Source: a virus
Lineage: Duplodnaviria > Caudoviricetes
Strand: one strand, 5' to 3'
Length of the DNA stretch: 64,000 bases
IMG/VR virus record: IMGVR_UViG_3300048995_000011
Span: 26,794-90,793 of that record
In this document: positions 55,566 through 64,000 of the stretch, piece by piece
Layout of the letters: every line of letters starts with the position of its first letter
Position numbering within the stretch: position 1 is the stretch's first letter
The notes under the pieces: generated by a model
Databases searched by the model: none
What the model saw: the letters and a program-made list of their open reading frames with translations, nothing else
Told to the model about the DNA's origin: nothing
Program-made: the position numbers and the translations under genes

Positions 55566-56099
55566 CTACGGCCGTCGCGCCGGCATGTCGCCGCCTTGCG
55601 GCTCACCCGAGGCGGGGAGGAAACCGAGGTGGGTCGTATCTGCCACCTTGAACTGGGGGCCCATCGACCGCGGTTCATCGGTTGGCGTTCGCACCACAGC
55701 GTCGGGGTCTGCAAACAACGTCACGAGGTCGTCGATGATGGCCCGCTGCTGCCCATTGAGTCGCGGCCAGTTCGCCAATAGCCGTGTCGGCGGCCGGTCC
55801 TCGGTAGCTTCGGGGCTGGCCATGTCCGGGTCGTGGCCAGCGATCTGGAGCGCCTCCGAGCGGGGCATGTCCAGCCCCCGAGCAATCTTGATAACGAAGT
55901 CAGCGGACGGGTTGGCGGGGATCTTCATCGGCCCCCGCTTCTCGTAACCCTGCTCGATCTGCCGGTACCGGGCGACGCTCACACCAGCTCTGAGGGCAGC
56001 CTGGTTCTGGGAGAGCCCTAGCTGCTGCCTCTTGCGCTTCATCTCGACGGCAAAAGGTGACGGTTTCGGGGTGGAAGATGTTTGCGTGCCACGCGCCAT
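55566..56099 (-). CDS. XRE HTH regulator (leftward member of a paralogous pair)
   Basis: LGLSQNQAALRAGVSVARYRQIEQGYEKRGP. Confidence 0.85.
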   Translation of the reverse strand: MARGTQTSSTPKPSPFAVEMKRKRQQLGLSQNQAALRAGVSVARYRQIEQGYEKRGPMKIPANPSADFVIKIARGLDMPRSEALQIAGHDPDMASPEATEDRPPTRLLANWPRLNGQQRAIIDDLVTLFADPDAVVRTPTDEPRSMGPQFKVADTTHLGFLPASGEPQGGDMPARRP

Positions 56100-56178
56100 G
56101 GCCCACAGTTTGGCGTAGTACAGCGGCAGTCTGCTAGTCGCACTGCGGCACCGTCTCGTTACTCGCAGGTAGGGTAAC

Positions 56179-56215
56179 GTAGCGCATTGCACTACGCGCT
56201 ACTAGCATCTAGAAT
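56179..56215 (+). promoter_or_regulatory. sigma70-type promoter with palindromic operator, probably producing a leaderless transcript
   Basis: TTGCAC-17 bp-TAGAAT; ATG at 56222 is 7 nt after the -10; inverted GTAGCGC/GCGCTAC flanks the -35. Confidence 0.7.
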
Positions 56216-56221
56216 GACGTT

Positions 56222-56656
56222 ATGAACGTAGCCGACGCCCCCTCCGACTACTGCTCCGAGGGCACCCCATTCGGGCGGGCTGTGCGGACCAAGCGCGGAG
56301 ACCTGGGACTTAGCCAGGCCAAGGCCGCCCGGATCGCGAACGTCAGTGTGGCCCGCTGGAGGCAGATCGAACAGGGTTACGAGAAGCGCGGACCCATCCG
56401 CATTCCCGCCAACCCCAGCCGGGACACCGTCAAGAAATTCGCCACCGCCCTCAAGTGGTCCAAGAACGAGGCACTGATCCTCGCCGGCTTCGAACCGGAC
56501 GACGACAACCTCCCCGTTGAGGCCTCGCAGCTCACCGAGCACGACCAGGACCTTGTCGACCGCATCACCAAGCTCCCGCCCCGGTACCACCAGGCCGTTC
56601 GCGCCGTGATCGATGCGTTCGACGACGACACGGACACGCGCGCCCTAGCTAGCTAG
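56222..56656 (+). CDS. XRE HTH regulator (rightward member of a paralogous pair)
   Basis: LGLSQAKAARIANVSVARWRQIEQGYEKRGP. Confidence 0.85.
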   Translation: MNVADAPSDYCSEGTPFGRAVRTKRGDLGLSQAKAARIANVSVARWRQIEQGYEKRGPIRIPANPSRDTVKKFATALKWSKNEALILAGFEPDDDNLPVEASQLTEHDQDLVDRITKLPPRYHQAVRAVIDAFDDDTDTRALAS

Positions 56657-56738
56657 CTAGCCCAATCCAGCACTTCCCGCCGCTGCCACACATGGCCCGC
56701 GGCTACTAAACGCACCCTGAAAACGGAGAACAACGACG

Positions 56739-57818
56739 ATGGCACTCAAGGTCAGAAAGCCCACGGGGGTTCCATCGTGGCCCCTGATCCTCTTGGCGGG
56801 CGAGGCGAAGACGGGGAAGACGTACCAAGCGGCTGAGTTTACCGGCGATGAGCGTGTCGGTAGGGCGTTTTGGCTTGACCTCGCCGAGGGCTGCGCGGAC
56901 GAGTACGGCGCAGTCCCGGGCGCGAACTACGAGATCATCGACCACGACGGCACGTGGATCGACATCATCGGTCAGGTTTCCGAAGTGCGCGAGATCGCAC
57001 GCGAGGCGCTCGCGAAAGGCGAGAAGCCTGTCACGTTGGTCATCGACTCGATGACCGCGGAATGGGCGATGCTCTCTGCTTGGACCGACGCTAGAGCGCG
57101 GCGGTCGAAGAACAACCGGAAGCTCCTCTCGGAGGACCCGGACGCCGAGATCGACATTACGTCGAACTACTGGAACGACGCGAACAGTCGCCACAACAAG
57201 CTGATGAACATCCTCAAGACCTTCCCCGGCATCGTGGTCATGACGGCCCTGGAGACGGAGAAGACACAGTTCGACGCGAACGGCCGCCCCAAGACGAACG
57301 CTCCGAAGCAGGCGCGGCCCGATGGTCAGAAGAGGCTCACGGCGGACGCTACAGCGTGGGTCCGACTTTCTCACGACGCGGAGCCCACGATCGTCGGCAT
57401 CCGGTCCCTGAAGCACAACATCACCCCCGGCAAGGACAAGGTCGAACCGTGGCCAGAGTTCACGCTGGCGAAGCTTGTGTTCGAGTTCATGGGCCTGGGT
57501 GCCGGCAAGGCGCAGGTACGGGACACCCCGGTGCTGGATGCCGACCAGGTCGCACCGGATGAGGACCCGGAGTTTGAGGAGAAGCAGAAGGCGTCCCTGC
57601 TCGCGGCGCAGAAGCAGGTGATGGCCGCGGGGCGGAAGCTTGGCCACGACCTGCCCGCGTTGACCAAGGTGTACGCCGAGGAGAACGACGGCGCCGACAT
57701 CCAGAAGGCCTCGATCGAGGCGTTGGCGACGTTCTTCAAGTTCCTAGAGCAGTGCGCACAGAAGCCGGAGGATGCGGCGCCGGTGACCACTGAGCGTCCC
57801 GTGAGGGCCGTTGCATGA
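56739..57818 (+). CDS. AAA/RecA-like ATPase (Sak4-type single-strand annealing protein)
   Basis: GEAKTGKT Walker A, LVIDS Walker B. Confidence 0.75.
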   Translation: MALKVRKPTGVPSWPLILLAGEAKTGKTYQAAEFTGDERVGRAFWLDLAEGCADEYGAVPGANYEIIDHDGTWIDIIGQVSEVREIAREALAKGEKPVTLVIDSMTAEWAMLSAWTDARARRSKNNRKLLSEDPDAEIDITSNYWNDANSRHNKLMNILKTFPGIVVMTALETEKTQFDANGRPKTNAPKQARPDGQKRLTADATAWVRLSHDAEPTIVGIRSLKHNITPGKDKVEPWPEFTLAKLVFEFMGLGAGKAQVRDTPVLDADQVAPDEDPEFEEKQKASLLAAQKQVMAAGRKLGHDLPALTKVYAEENDGADIQKASIEALATFFKFLEQCAQKPEDAAPVTTERPVRAVA

Positions 57819-58204
57819 GCGCCCCCACTATGCGCACCTTCCAGGAGATCCAGGAGGAGCGCGACCAGCTTGCCCGCACCGACGGCGCCATGGGTGATCC
57901 GGCCCGCCGCTGGACCACGTGCGAGTGCGGAGAGGCCAGCCCGGAGTTCGTCTACTACGGCGAGGTCGATTGCTGGGAGGACTGGCACCAGTGCCGCAAG
58001 GTCATCGCCTTGCGGGAGCGCAAGTGGGACGACGTCCTCGAAGACTGGGAATTCCCGAAGCTGGCCCAGTTCGAGCACCGGATCGAGCCGTTCGAAGGTT
58101 TCCACACGTCCGCCAAACACGGCGACGACGAGTGGTTCGCCCCCGTACACCGCATCGGTGTGCCGTCCCGGTTCCCCGTCGAGATCACCAAAGCTGCTTC
58201 GTGA
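57815..58204 (+). CDS. hypothetical protein
   Basis: ATGA overlap; CECG...CW..WH.C. Confidence 0.6.
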   Translation: MSAPTMRTFQEIQEERDQLARTDGAMGDPARRWTTCECGEASPEFVYYGEVDCWEDWHQCRKVIALRERKWDDVLEDWEFPKLAQFEHRIEPFEGFHTSAKHGDDEWFAPVHRIGVPSRFPVEITKAAS

Positions 58205-58301
58205 CGTTGGCGGGGCCACAGGAAGGGGCTGCTATGCCCGTCAACACCTACACAGCCGGCGGGGCCTGTACGGCTGACATGTCGACCGTGGGTGATGCGC
58301 G

Positions 58302-59312
58302 GTGAGCAAGGTGCACGGCTGGACCCGATCACTGCCGGAACCCTGCATGCCCGGCATGTCGAAACACCTCGTGATCGCAATCGCGCTCGCCCTCGCCGGT
58401 CGAGCGAATATGAAAACCGGTGAGGGGATAACGGTTACTGATGCGCGGCTCGCATCGGAGGTGTGGTGCACGGAGGCGGAGGCCCACTCGGTTCGGCAAT
58501 GGCTGGTTGAGGAGAAGTGGTTCACTGAATCCGAGGGGAAGAATTGGATTCAGTTGGCGTGCAATTTCGAAATGGCGCGAAAACCTGGGGTGGACCCAGT
58601 GGAGTCGCGTTCCGAGCGTCAGAGGGCGCGGAACGCAGCGAAGAACCGAGCGTACCGGGAGCGGATGAAGCACGCCAGGTCGGTCACGGTCCCCGGTCAC
58701 GGCCCGGTCATGCTTCCCGGTCACGAAACGCCTGCGAGACCGGGGACCGTGACCGGCGTGACCGGGGACCGTGACCAAAGTGACCGGGGACCGTTACCGG
58801 AACCGGTCACGGGGTCGGTCATATCCGCAGGTCACAGCCCCGTAAGTTCCCTTAAGTTCCCTATAAGTTCCCATATAAGTAGTGCGCCGCTCCGCGTCGC
58901 AGAGTCAGAATCCCAGCCCGCGGAGACGGACGAGCACACCCAGGCCGCCCCGAGCCTCTCCTCTGAAGCGCTTTTCCCTCAACCGCCCGAGACCGGCAGG
59001 CCGGCGACGCGAAACAACTACCCCCCCGAGTTCGAAAAGGCCTGGAAGCTCTACGGCATGCGCGGATCCAAGAAAGACGCCTTCAAGGAATGGAACGCGG
59101 CATTAAAGCGCGCGGACCTCGACGCAATCCTGAAGGCAATACAGCGATATGTGGATGCGACCCCCGATCTGAAGTATCGACTTCACCTCTTCCGCTGGCT
59201 CAAGGGCGACTACTGGGAGAGCGACCCCGGTCCCGCCAGGCAGCCGACCTGGAACCCGAGCGCCTTCAGCCGCGACCGCGACTGGTCCAGCCAAGCCGCC
59301 GCCAGCTTCTAG
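58302..59312 (+). CDS. replication initiator / replisome organiser
   Basis: Upstream of DnaC-like and DnaB-like genes; C-terminal FEKAWKLY...KKDAFKEW...FRWL; internal repeat array. Confidence 0.75.
   Translation: MSKVHGWTRSLPEPCMPGMSKHLVIAIALALAGRANMKTGEGITVTDARLASEVWCTEAEAHSVRQWLVEEKWFTESEGKNWIQLACNFEMARKPGVDPVESRSERQRARNAAKNRAYRERMKHARSVTVPGHGPVMLPGHETPARPGTVTGVTGDRDQSDRGPLPEPVTGSVISAGHSPVSSLKFPISSHISSAPLRVAESESQPAETDEHTQAAPSLSSEALFPQPPETGRPATRNNYPPEFEKAWKLYGMRGSKKDAFKEWNAALKRADLDAILKAIQRYVDATPDLKYRLHLFRWLKGDYWESDPGPARQPTWNPSAFSRDRDWSSQAAASF
58681..58880. repeat. candidate replication origin (iterons plus AT-rich triplet) inside the initiator gene
   Basis: About 12 CGGTCA(C/T)G or CGTGACCG units in both orientations, then TAAGTTCCC three times at 58843, 58853 and 58864. 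Confidence 0.75.
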
Positions 59313-59328
59313 CCCGACAGGAGCGACC

Positions 59329-59943
59329 GTGACCCTGATAGACGATCCCCGACCCGATCACCTCGACGAGCTGAAGACCCACGCCGAAGAGGTGAACCCC
59401 GCGGCACTGGACGCAATCCCCAACCGGTTCGCCGACGCTGACATCGACCACGAAGGGCTTCTCGCCTGGGCTGACGAGTACGCCAAGACGCTCATCGAGG
59501 CGTGGCCATCGAACCGGCCGACCACCCCGTGCGAGTCGCTTCTGATCGCCGGCCCGGTGGGAGTCGGCAAGACCCACGCGTGTTTCGCCCTCATTCGTCG
59601 TCTCGCGGCCAAAAACGTCCCGGTGGTCTTCCGCTACCTGAAGCACGCCGACATGGCCTCTGCGGCCCGCTACAGGTCCGGCTACACGCCGCGGGAGGAG
59701 CACGAGCACAACACCAAGGTTCCGCTCCTGATCCTCGACGATCTCGGGACGGTCCCGGATCCGGACTTCGTGGCTGCCCGCATCATCGACGCCCGGTATG
59801 ACGCGCTACGTCCGACGATCTTCACCAGCAACTTCACCGCGAAGGAGCTCGTGGAGCTGCTGGGGGAGCGTTCCGCTTCCCGCCTCGCGGAGACCTGCAA
59901 GGTCATCACCTTGGATGGCGCGGACCGGAGGCGGGCGGAGTGA
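59329..59943 (+). CDS. DnaC/IstB-like helicase loader ATPase
   Basis: GPVGVGKTH, LLILDDLG, PTIFTSN, RSASRL, GADRRR. Confidence 0.88.
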   Translation: MTLIDDPRPDHLDELKTHAEEVNPAALDAIPNRFADADIDHEGLLAWADEYAKTLIEAWPSNRPTTPCESLLIAGPVGVGKTHACFALIRRLAAKNVPVVFRYLKHADMASAARYRSGYTPREEHEHNTKVPLLILDDLGTVPDPDFVAARIIDARYDALRPTIFTSNFTAKELVELLGERSASRLAETCKVITLDGADRRRAE

Positions 59944-60941
59944 CCGCCACACCCGAACCACCCGAGGAGGACGACGGCGCGTTCCTCGACAGGGTGTCGA
60001 CGTTCGTCTATACGGCCCGTGACCTCGTCGAATCCGGCGATCACCTTGAGGTCCCCGAGCTGGCACGGCGGATGCTCATCGACGCCACCGACGTGTCGCC
60101 TGATGCTCCCGGCGACACGGCCCCAGTCGGGCCCGAGTGGGTGTCGGAGTTCATCGACCCCTGGCGGGACCGTATGAACACCCGCGAGGACACCATCCCC
60201 TCGCCGTGGCCCGAGTACAACGAGGACTTCACCGGTGGCGGGTTCCTTCCGAAGCGGATCGTGACGATCGCCGCGCCGACCGGGTTCGGCAAGTCCGTCG
60301 CGGGGATCCAGATCGCCACCCACGCGGCGGAGAAGGGCTACCCGTCGATCATCTTCTCTGCGGAGATGGATCGTCTCGAAGTGTTCGACCGGGTGGTGGC
60401 CCGCAAGGCCCGGATCCCGTTGACCGCGATCGAGAACCGGGACTTGGGCGACATGAACTGGCGCCGCTACGACACCTGGCGCGACTGGTTCACCCAGTTG
60501 CCGATGCTGGTTGACGACTCCGCGCCGATGTCCATTGAGCACATCGTCGAAGCCGCTCGCCGGCACGTGCGCGACAACGGTGTCCGCCTTGTCGTCATCG
60601 ACTACTTGCAGCTGCTCAACACCCGCCACGAAGGCCGCTCCCGGGAACAACAGGTGGCGTATCTGTCTCGGTCGGTGAAGTCGATGGTGATGGAACTGGG
60701 GATCGTTGTGGTGCAGCTGGCGCAGATCAACCGCGACGGCAACATCCGCGAGTCCGCACAGATCGAGAACGACTCGAACACGGTCATCGTGATGAAGAAG
60801 CCCGACGAGGCCGAGGGTCCGTCGATGTACGTCGAGATGGGCGTTATCAAGAACCGGAACGGCCGCAAAGGCCAGTTCAGGGTGATCTTCAACGGCAACT
60901 ACGCCGACCTCGAACCCAACGACCCGCGAACCGAATACTAG
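59940..60941 (+). CDS. dnaB: DnaB-like replicative helicase (C-terminal domain)
   Basis: AAPTGFGKS, FSAEM, VIDYLQLL, LAQINR, RESAQIENDS, KNRNG. Confidence 0.9.
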   Translation: MTATPEPPEEDDGAFLDRVSTFVYTARDLVESGDHLEVPELARRMLIDATDVSPDAPGDTAPVGPEWVSEFIDPWRDRMNTREDTIPSPWPEYNEDFTGGGFLPKRIVTIAAPTGFGKSVAGIQIATHAAEKGYPSIIFSAEMDRLEVFDRVVARKARIPLTAIENRDLGDMNWRRYDTWRDWFTQLPMLVDDSAPMSIEHIVEAARRHVRDNGVRLVVIDYLQLLNTRHEGRSREQQVAYLSRSVKSMVMELGIVVVQLAQINRDGNIRESAQIENDSNTVIVMKKPDEAEGPSMYVEMGVIKNRNGRKGQFRVIFNGNYADLEPNDPRTEY

Positions 60942-60951
60942 GGGAGAAGCG

Positions 60952-61254
60952 ATGAACGACAACACCAGCAAGGCAATCAAGGCGTACCAGCTCAACCGAC
61001 CCAACCCGCACTTCGCGGCGGCCCGTACGCAATCCCTGGCGGATCTTCTCTTGACGCGCTCCGACTGGCCGCGGCTCCAACTCGCCCAGAACGACATGGG
61101 GTCGTGGGACATCGTGATCCGCGTCGACGGCGGGTATGGGGACCGGGATGACGCTGAGCGTGTCCTCGGCTTGTTCGCCGTGGATGCGGCACGGCTGGCG
61201 TTCCCGGGCGAGGAACTCCCGTATGCGGTGGATGACGATGACCTCGCCGCGTAG
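60952..61254 (+). CDS. hypothetical protein
   Basis: GGAG RBS; 100 aa. Confidence 0.6.
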   Translation: MNDNTSKAIKAYQLNRPNPHFAAARTQSLADLLLTRSDWPRLQLAQNDMGSWDIVIRVDGGYGDRDDAERVLGLFAVDAARLAFPGEELPYAVDDDDLAA

Positions 61255-61672
61255 GTTTCCGCGGCGGGCCGTGCCGCGAGTGGATCCGGAGACGGGTGAG
61301 GTGACGATCCCCGTGGGGGAGTATCACCAGCTTCGACATGAGTCGATGCAGTGGCGTATGTCAAGCCTTGCCTGCGTCCAGGGCGCGGAGGGGGATGTGT
61401 GTCGGGATGCCCTGTCCTGGCGTGCCCTCATGTCCTCGCCGCACATCGAGGATCTACTGGGGGAGTGGGTCGAGTGGGAGTCTCGCCGCGAGTTGAGTGA
61501 GGCGACGGCTGAGATGGCCGCCATGGTCGATTGGCGGCTGGAGTCGTCGATGCCCTCGTATGCGGAGTTGGAACGCCGGCGGTCTGTGTTCGTGGCGCCC
61601 GCGTTGACGCCCGCGGAGATCCGGGCGAAGGCCGCGGCGAGCTGGGCAGATGTGGATAGCGTTGCCGCTTGA
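61238..61672 (+). CDS. hypothetical protein
   Basis: RVDPETGEV...LLGEWVEWE...PSYAELERRR; start approximate. Confidence 0.55.
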   Translation: MTSPRRFPRRAVPRVDPETGEVTIPVGEYHQLRHESMQWRMSSLACVQGAEGDVCRDALSWRALMSSPHIEDLLGEWVEWESRRELSEATAEMAAMVDWRLESSMPSYAELERRRSVFVAPALTPAEIRAKAAASWADVDSVAA

Positions 61673-61696
61673 TTGCGGAAAGTAGTAGCGCATAGG

Positions 61697-61729
61697 GCAT
61701 TGCACTACGCACTACTAGCCAGCTAAGCT
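61697..61729 (+). promoter_or_regulatory. second copy of the promoter/operator motif
   Basis: GCATTGCACTACGCACTACTAGC is 22/23 identical to 56184-56206; TTGCAC-18 bp-TAAGCT. Confidence 0.65.
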
Positions 61730-61763
61730 CGGGGGTATCAACCCAACCCGAAGGACACAACCG

Positions 61764-62156
61764 ATGAGCGCGAACGCGACCATCCCCCGCCTCCGTCTCA
61801 CCGTTCCCGTCTTGGCTGTGGCGGCTCTGTCGCTCACAGCCTGCGGGTCCGGTAACGGCATCAACACCCTGATCTCCACCCCCACAGTGCAGGCACCGGT
61901 GAAGGACTACGCCTCGTTTGAGGTGCAGGCTCGCCGGCTGCCGACTTTGCAGTTCAGCACCGAGCCGTCCAGCGTGTACCGCGAGTTGGCGGACACGATC
62001 TGCACCGCCCTCACCTCCGCACCGGGCAAGTCGTACTACGACATCGCGTCGGGTATCTACCCGTCTCAGCCGGTGAAGTTCCGTGACGGTGTGGCGTTGC
62101 AGCAGCTCGCTACCCGCTACATCTGCCCGGACCAGGCCCGGGAAGTGAATGCGTGA
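61764..62156 (+). CDS. lipoprotein (DUF732-like)
   Basis: Signal peptide with lipobox LTAC; C-terminal helical domain ending YICP; AAGGA RBS. Confidence 0.75.
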   Translation: MSANATIPRLRLTVPVLAVAALSLTACGSGNGINTLISTPTVQAPVKDYASFEVQARRLPTLQFSTEPSSVYRELADTICTALTSAPGKSYYDIASGIYPSQPVKFRDGVALQQLATRYICPDQAREVNA

Positions 62157-62202
62157 TGACCCTCATCTACGCCCTCCACCCCGATCGGGAAGGCAGGCAG
62201 TG

Positions 62203-62664
62203 ATGCCCGAGCGGATCCAGCGCCAGCGCACCAAAGGCTGGCGAATGCCATCGGATGCCGTGTACGTCGGACGGCCAACGAAGTGGGGCAACCCGTTCGG
62301 CTACCAGAAATACACCGGCCTTGCCCGTGTTCCGGCCGTCGACGGTGGCGCGTGGGAGTACGAGGGCCGTATCAGCGTCGACGGCGCCCGGCACGACTAT
62401 CACCACCCCGACGGGCGGGTCACCGTCTGCCACGTCCGCTACATGACCCGCGCCGAGACCGTCGAGACCTACGAGCGGCTGATCACCGGCAACCTCAGCC
62501 CGGCCATGATCTGGGCCGGTTTCCGGCTCGACCGCCGCAAGGTCACTGCCGAGGATGTCCGACGCGAGCTGGCTGGGAAGAACCTCGCCTGCTGGTGCCC
62601 GCTGTGGGCCCCGTGCCACGCCGACGTGCTGCTGCGCATCGCGAACGAAGACGGGGGTGCGTGA
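62203..62664 (+). CDS. DUF4326 family protein
   Basis: RIQRQRTKGWRMP..AVYVGRPTKWGNPF...LAGKNLACWCP...CHADVL. Confidence 0.88.
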   Translation: MPERIQRQRTKGWRMPSDAVYVGRPTKWGNPFGYQKYTGLARVPAVDGGAWEYEGRISVDGARHDYHHPDGRVTVCHVRYMTRAETVETYERLITGNLSPAMIWAGFRLDRRKVTAEDVRRELAGKNLACWCPLWAPCHADVLLRIANEDGGA

Positions 62665-62987
62665 TGACCACCCAGCTGTCCCCGAAGCGGGTCCTCTACA
62701 GCGACCCCACCACGGCACCGCACCGCCACATCAGGGTCACGATCGACGTGGTCGCGGTCCCGGACCATCCGGGTATCAGCGATGAGCATCTGGTGGATGC
62801 GGTGCTGCGGTCCACGATGGAGCACCTGATCCTCGCTTCCCCGTCTTGCCGCACCCATTTCGCCGGCTTGGACTCGGGTGTGGCGTGGGCGTCCCCGCAC
62901 AGTGCCGGTTCGGCCCTGTCTGTGGCGTACCGGGCGGAGATGGTCGAACGCCAGGTCAACCCCGAACACCGAGAGGCGGGTGCGTGA
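62664..62987 (+). CDS. hypothetical protein
   Basis: TGATG coupling. Confidence 0.55.
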   Translation: MTTQLSPKRVLYSDPTTAPHRHIRVTIDVVAVPDHPGISDEHLVDAVLRSTMEHLILASPSCRTHFAGLDSGVAWASPHSAGSALSVAYRAEMVERQVNPEHREAGA

Positions 62988-63153
62988 TGACTTGCCCCCG
63001 TATCCGTCGCCTCGCCTTGGGCGGGGTTGACCACACTGCGCCGCCCCGCCCCGGCGGACATGCATCAACCGGATCACGGGCGACGAACTACGCGCCCCCG
63101 CAACGCATCACCACCGCCGCCGCCCGACAGGAACCCACCGAAGGGACCCAGCC

Positions 63154-63456
63154 GTGACAGACATCGACTTCGCCCGCACGCTGTGCGAGCGCAACCTCGC
63201 CAACGCCATCCGGGACGCCGCACGCGAGTACCGCCGCCTGGTTCAGCGCCTCGACGAACTCCAGATTCGCGCCGGCCAGCTCGACGCAACCGCTCCGGAG
63301 GCGTACAAGGTCGCCGCCGACGCGCTCGGCGCCATCAACACGACGGCGGCCAACTCAGCTTCGCACCGGATCGTCGTCACAGCTGGCGACTTCGACCTCA
63401 CGATGGCCAGTTTCGCGGCCCGTTCGGCCCGGGAGGAGACCCTCGATGGCGAGTGA
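63154..63456 (+). CDS. hypothetical helical protein
   Basis: AAGGG RBS; its stop overlaps the next ATG. Confidence 0.6.
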   Translation: MTDIDFARTLCERNLANAIRDAAREYRRLVQRLDELQIRAGQLDATAPEAYKVAADALGAINTTAANSASHRIVVTAGDFDLTMASFAARSAREETLDGE

Positions 63457-64000
63457 GCCGGCAGAGCCAACCACCCGGCAGGAGCGGGAGATGCTCGAAG
63501 TCATCGCCGAACGAGACCGCGCGGAGGAGTGGGCCGATCGGCTGGCCGAAGCGCTGGCGCCGATCGAGGTGCGGGGCGAGCACTCGAACGGCAACGACCC
63601 GTGGCGCAATGCGCTGGAGCACGCACAGCGGAAGTCGGGATTGCTCGCCGACCCCGCGCAGACCACCGAACTGGAGCGGCTGCGGACACATGTCGCAAAG
63701 TGCCACGAGTTCCAGAACAACGCCGCCAACATCCTCACCGCCGAGCAGGCGCGCCTTGACGAGATCCGCGAGTTGCTGGCTCGCCCCCACCCGTGGACGG
63801 ATACCTCGCTCGCCGACATAGACCGCTGCAACATCAAGCGCATTCGCGCCATCATTCGCCGCCCCACCGAGGTGGGCGGCCACCCGGTGCCCCGATGCTG
63901 CAGCGGCCCGCTCGCCGACGGCACCCACGCGGTCAACTGCTGGCAGCGATGCCAGGACTGCGAAGGCGACGCGGCGGGGCCGCGACGCTGCCGCTGCAAC
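63446..64000 (+). CDS. partial hypothetical protein running off the window end
   Basis: MASEPAEPTTRQERE...EWADRLA...GEHSNGNDPW.NALE...; open to the edge. Confidence 0.65.
   Translation, partial: MASEPAEPTTRQEREMLEVIAERDRAEEWADRLAEALAPIEVRGEHSNGNDPWRNALEHAQRKSGLLADPAQTTELERLRTHVAKCHEFQNNAANILTAEQARLDEIRELLARPHPWTDTSLADIDRCNIKRIRAIIRRPTEVGGHPVPRCCSGPLADGTHAVNCWQRCQDCEGDAAGPRRCRCN

Noticed and set aside
56645-56665. CTAG tandem repeat after the rightward XRE gene
   Set aside because: Too short to assign a function; it may only be stop-codon redundancy.
58681-58880. CRISPR-like array
   Set aside because: Repeats are 8-9 bp in mixed orientation without unique 30-40 bp spacers, and no cas genes are present; it fits iterons.
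63990-64000. Direct circular join of the window end to position 1
   Set aside because: Both ends are Cys-rich open ORFs, but a direct join does not keep the frame, so the amount of missing sequence cannot be determined.

Overview
The window holds what looks like most of one temperate, high-GC actinobacterial siphovirus genome, circularly permuted. The host is probably in the Pseudonocardiaceae, inferred from a zf-HC3/XRE-DUF5753/DUF397 cassette, WhiB and RNase AS-like genes. Order: small early/middle genes (1-5.5 kb); a structured non-coding region with tRNA-Trp; small genes, packaging HNH and a candidate cos region; terS; terL with a class 3 intein; portal, head, neck and tail genes; tape measure with NlpC/P60 and SLT domains; lysis cassette; a tRNA-like ncRNA; a post-lysis module (DUF1353, fibre, PhoD fusion); accessory/regulatory genes; an intact attP (tRNA 3' end) with tyrosine integrase; repressor/cro/xis; and a long rightward early operon (exonuclease, DUF5131, methyltransferase, two RNase H, WhiB, a second divergent XRE pair, Sak4-like ATPase, initiator with embedded origin, DnaC-like, DnaB-like). 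The most notable observations are: a tRNA-shaped RNA whose anticodon loop is replaced by a hairpin; a PhoD phosphatase fused to a tail-like domain; a Pro1/Cys-Asn class 3 intein; tail chaperone genes joined by an in-frame UGA instead of a slippery site; a second regulatory switch with a shared promoter/operator; and tandem RNase H paralogues. All family calls come from motif recognition by eye; no database searches or folding programs were run.
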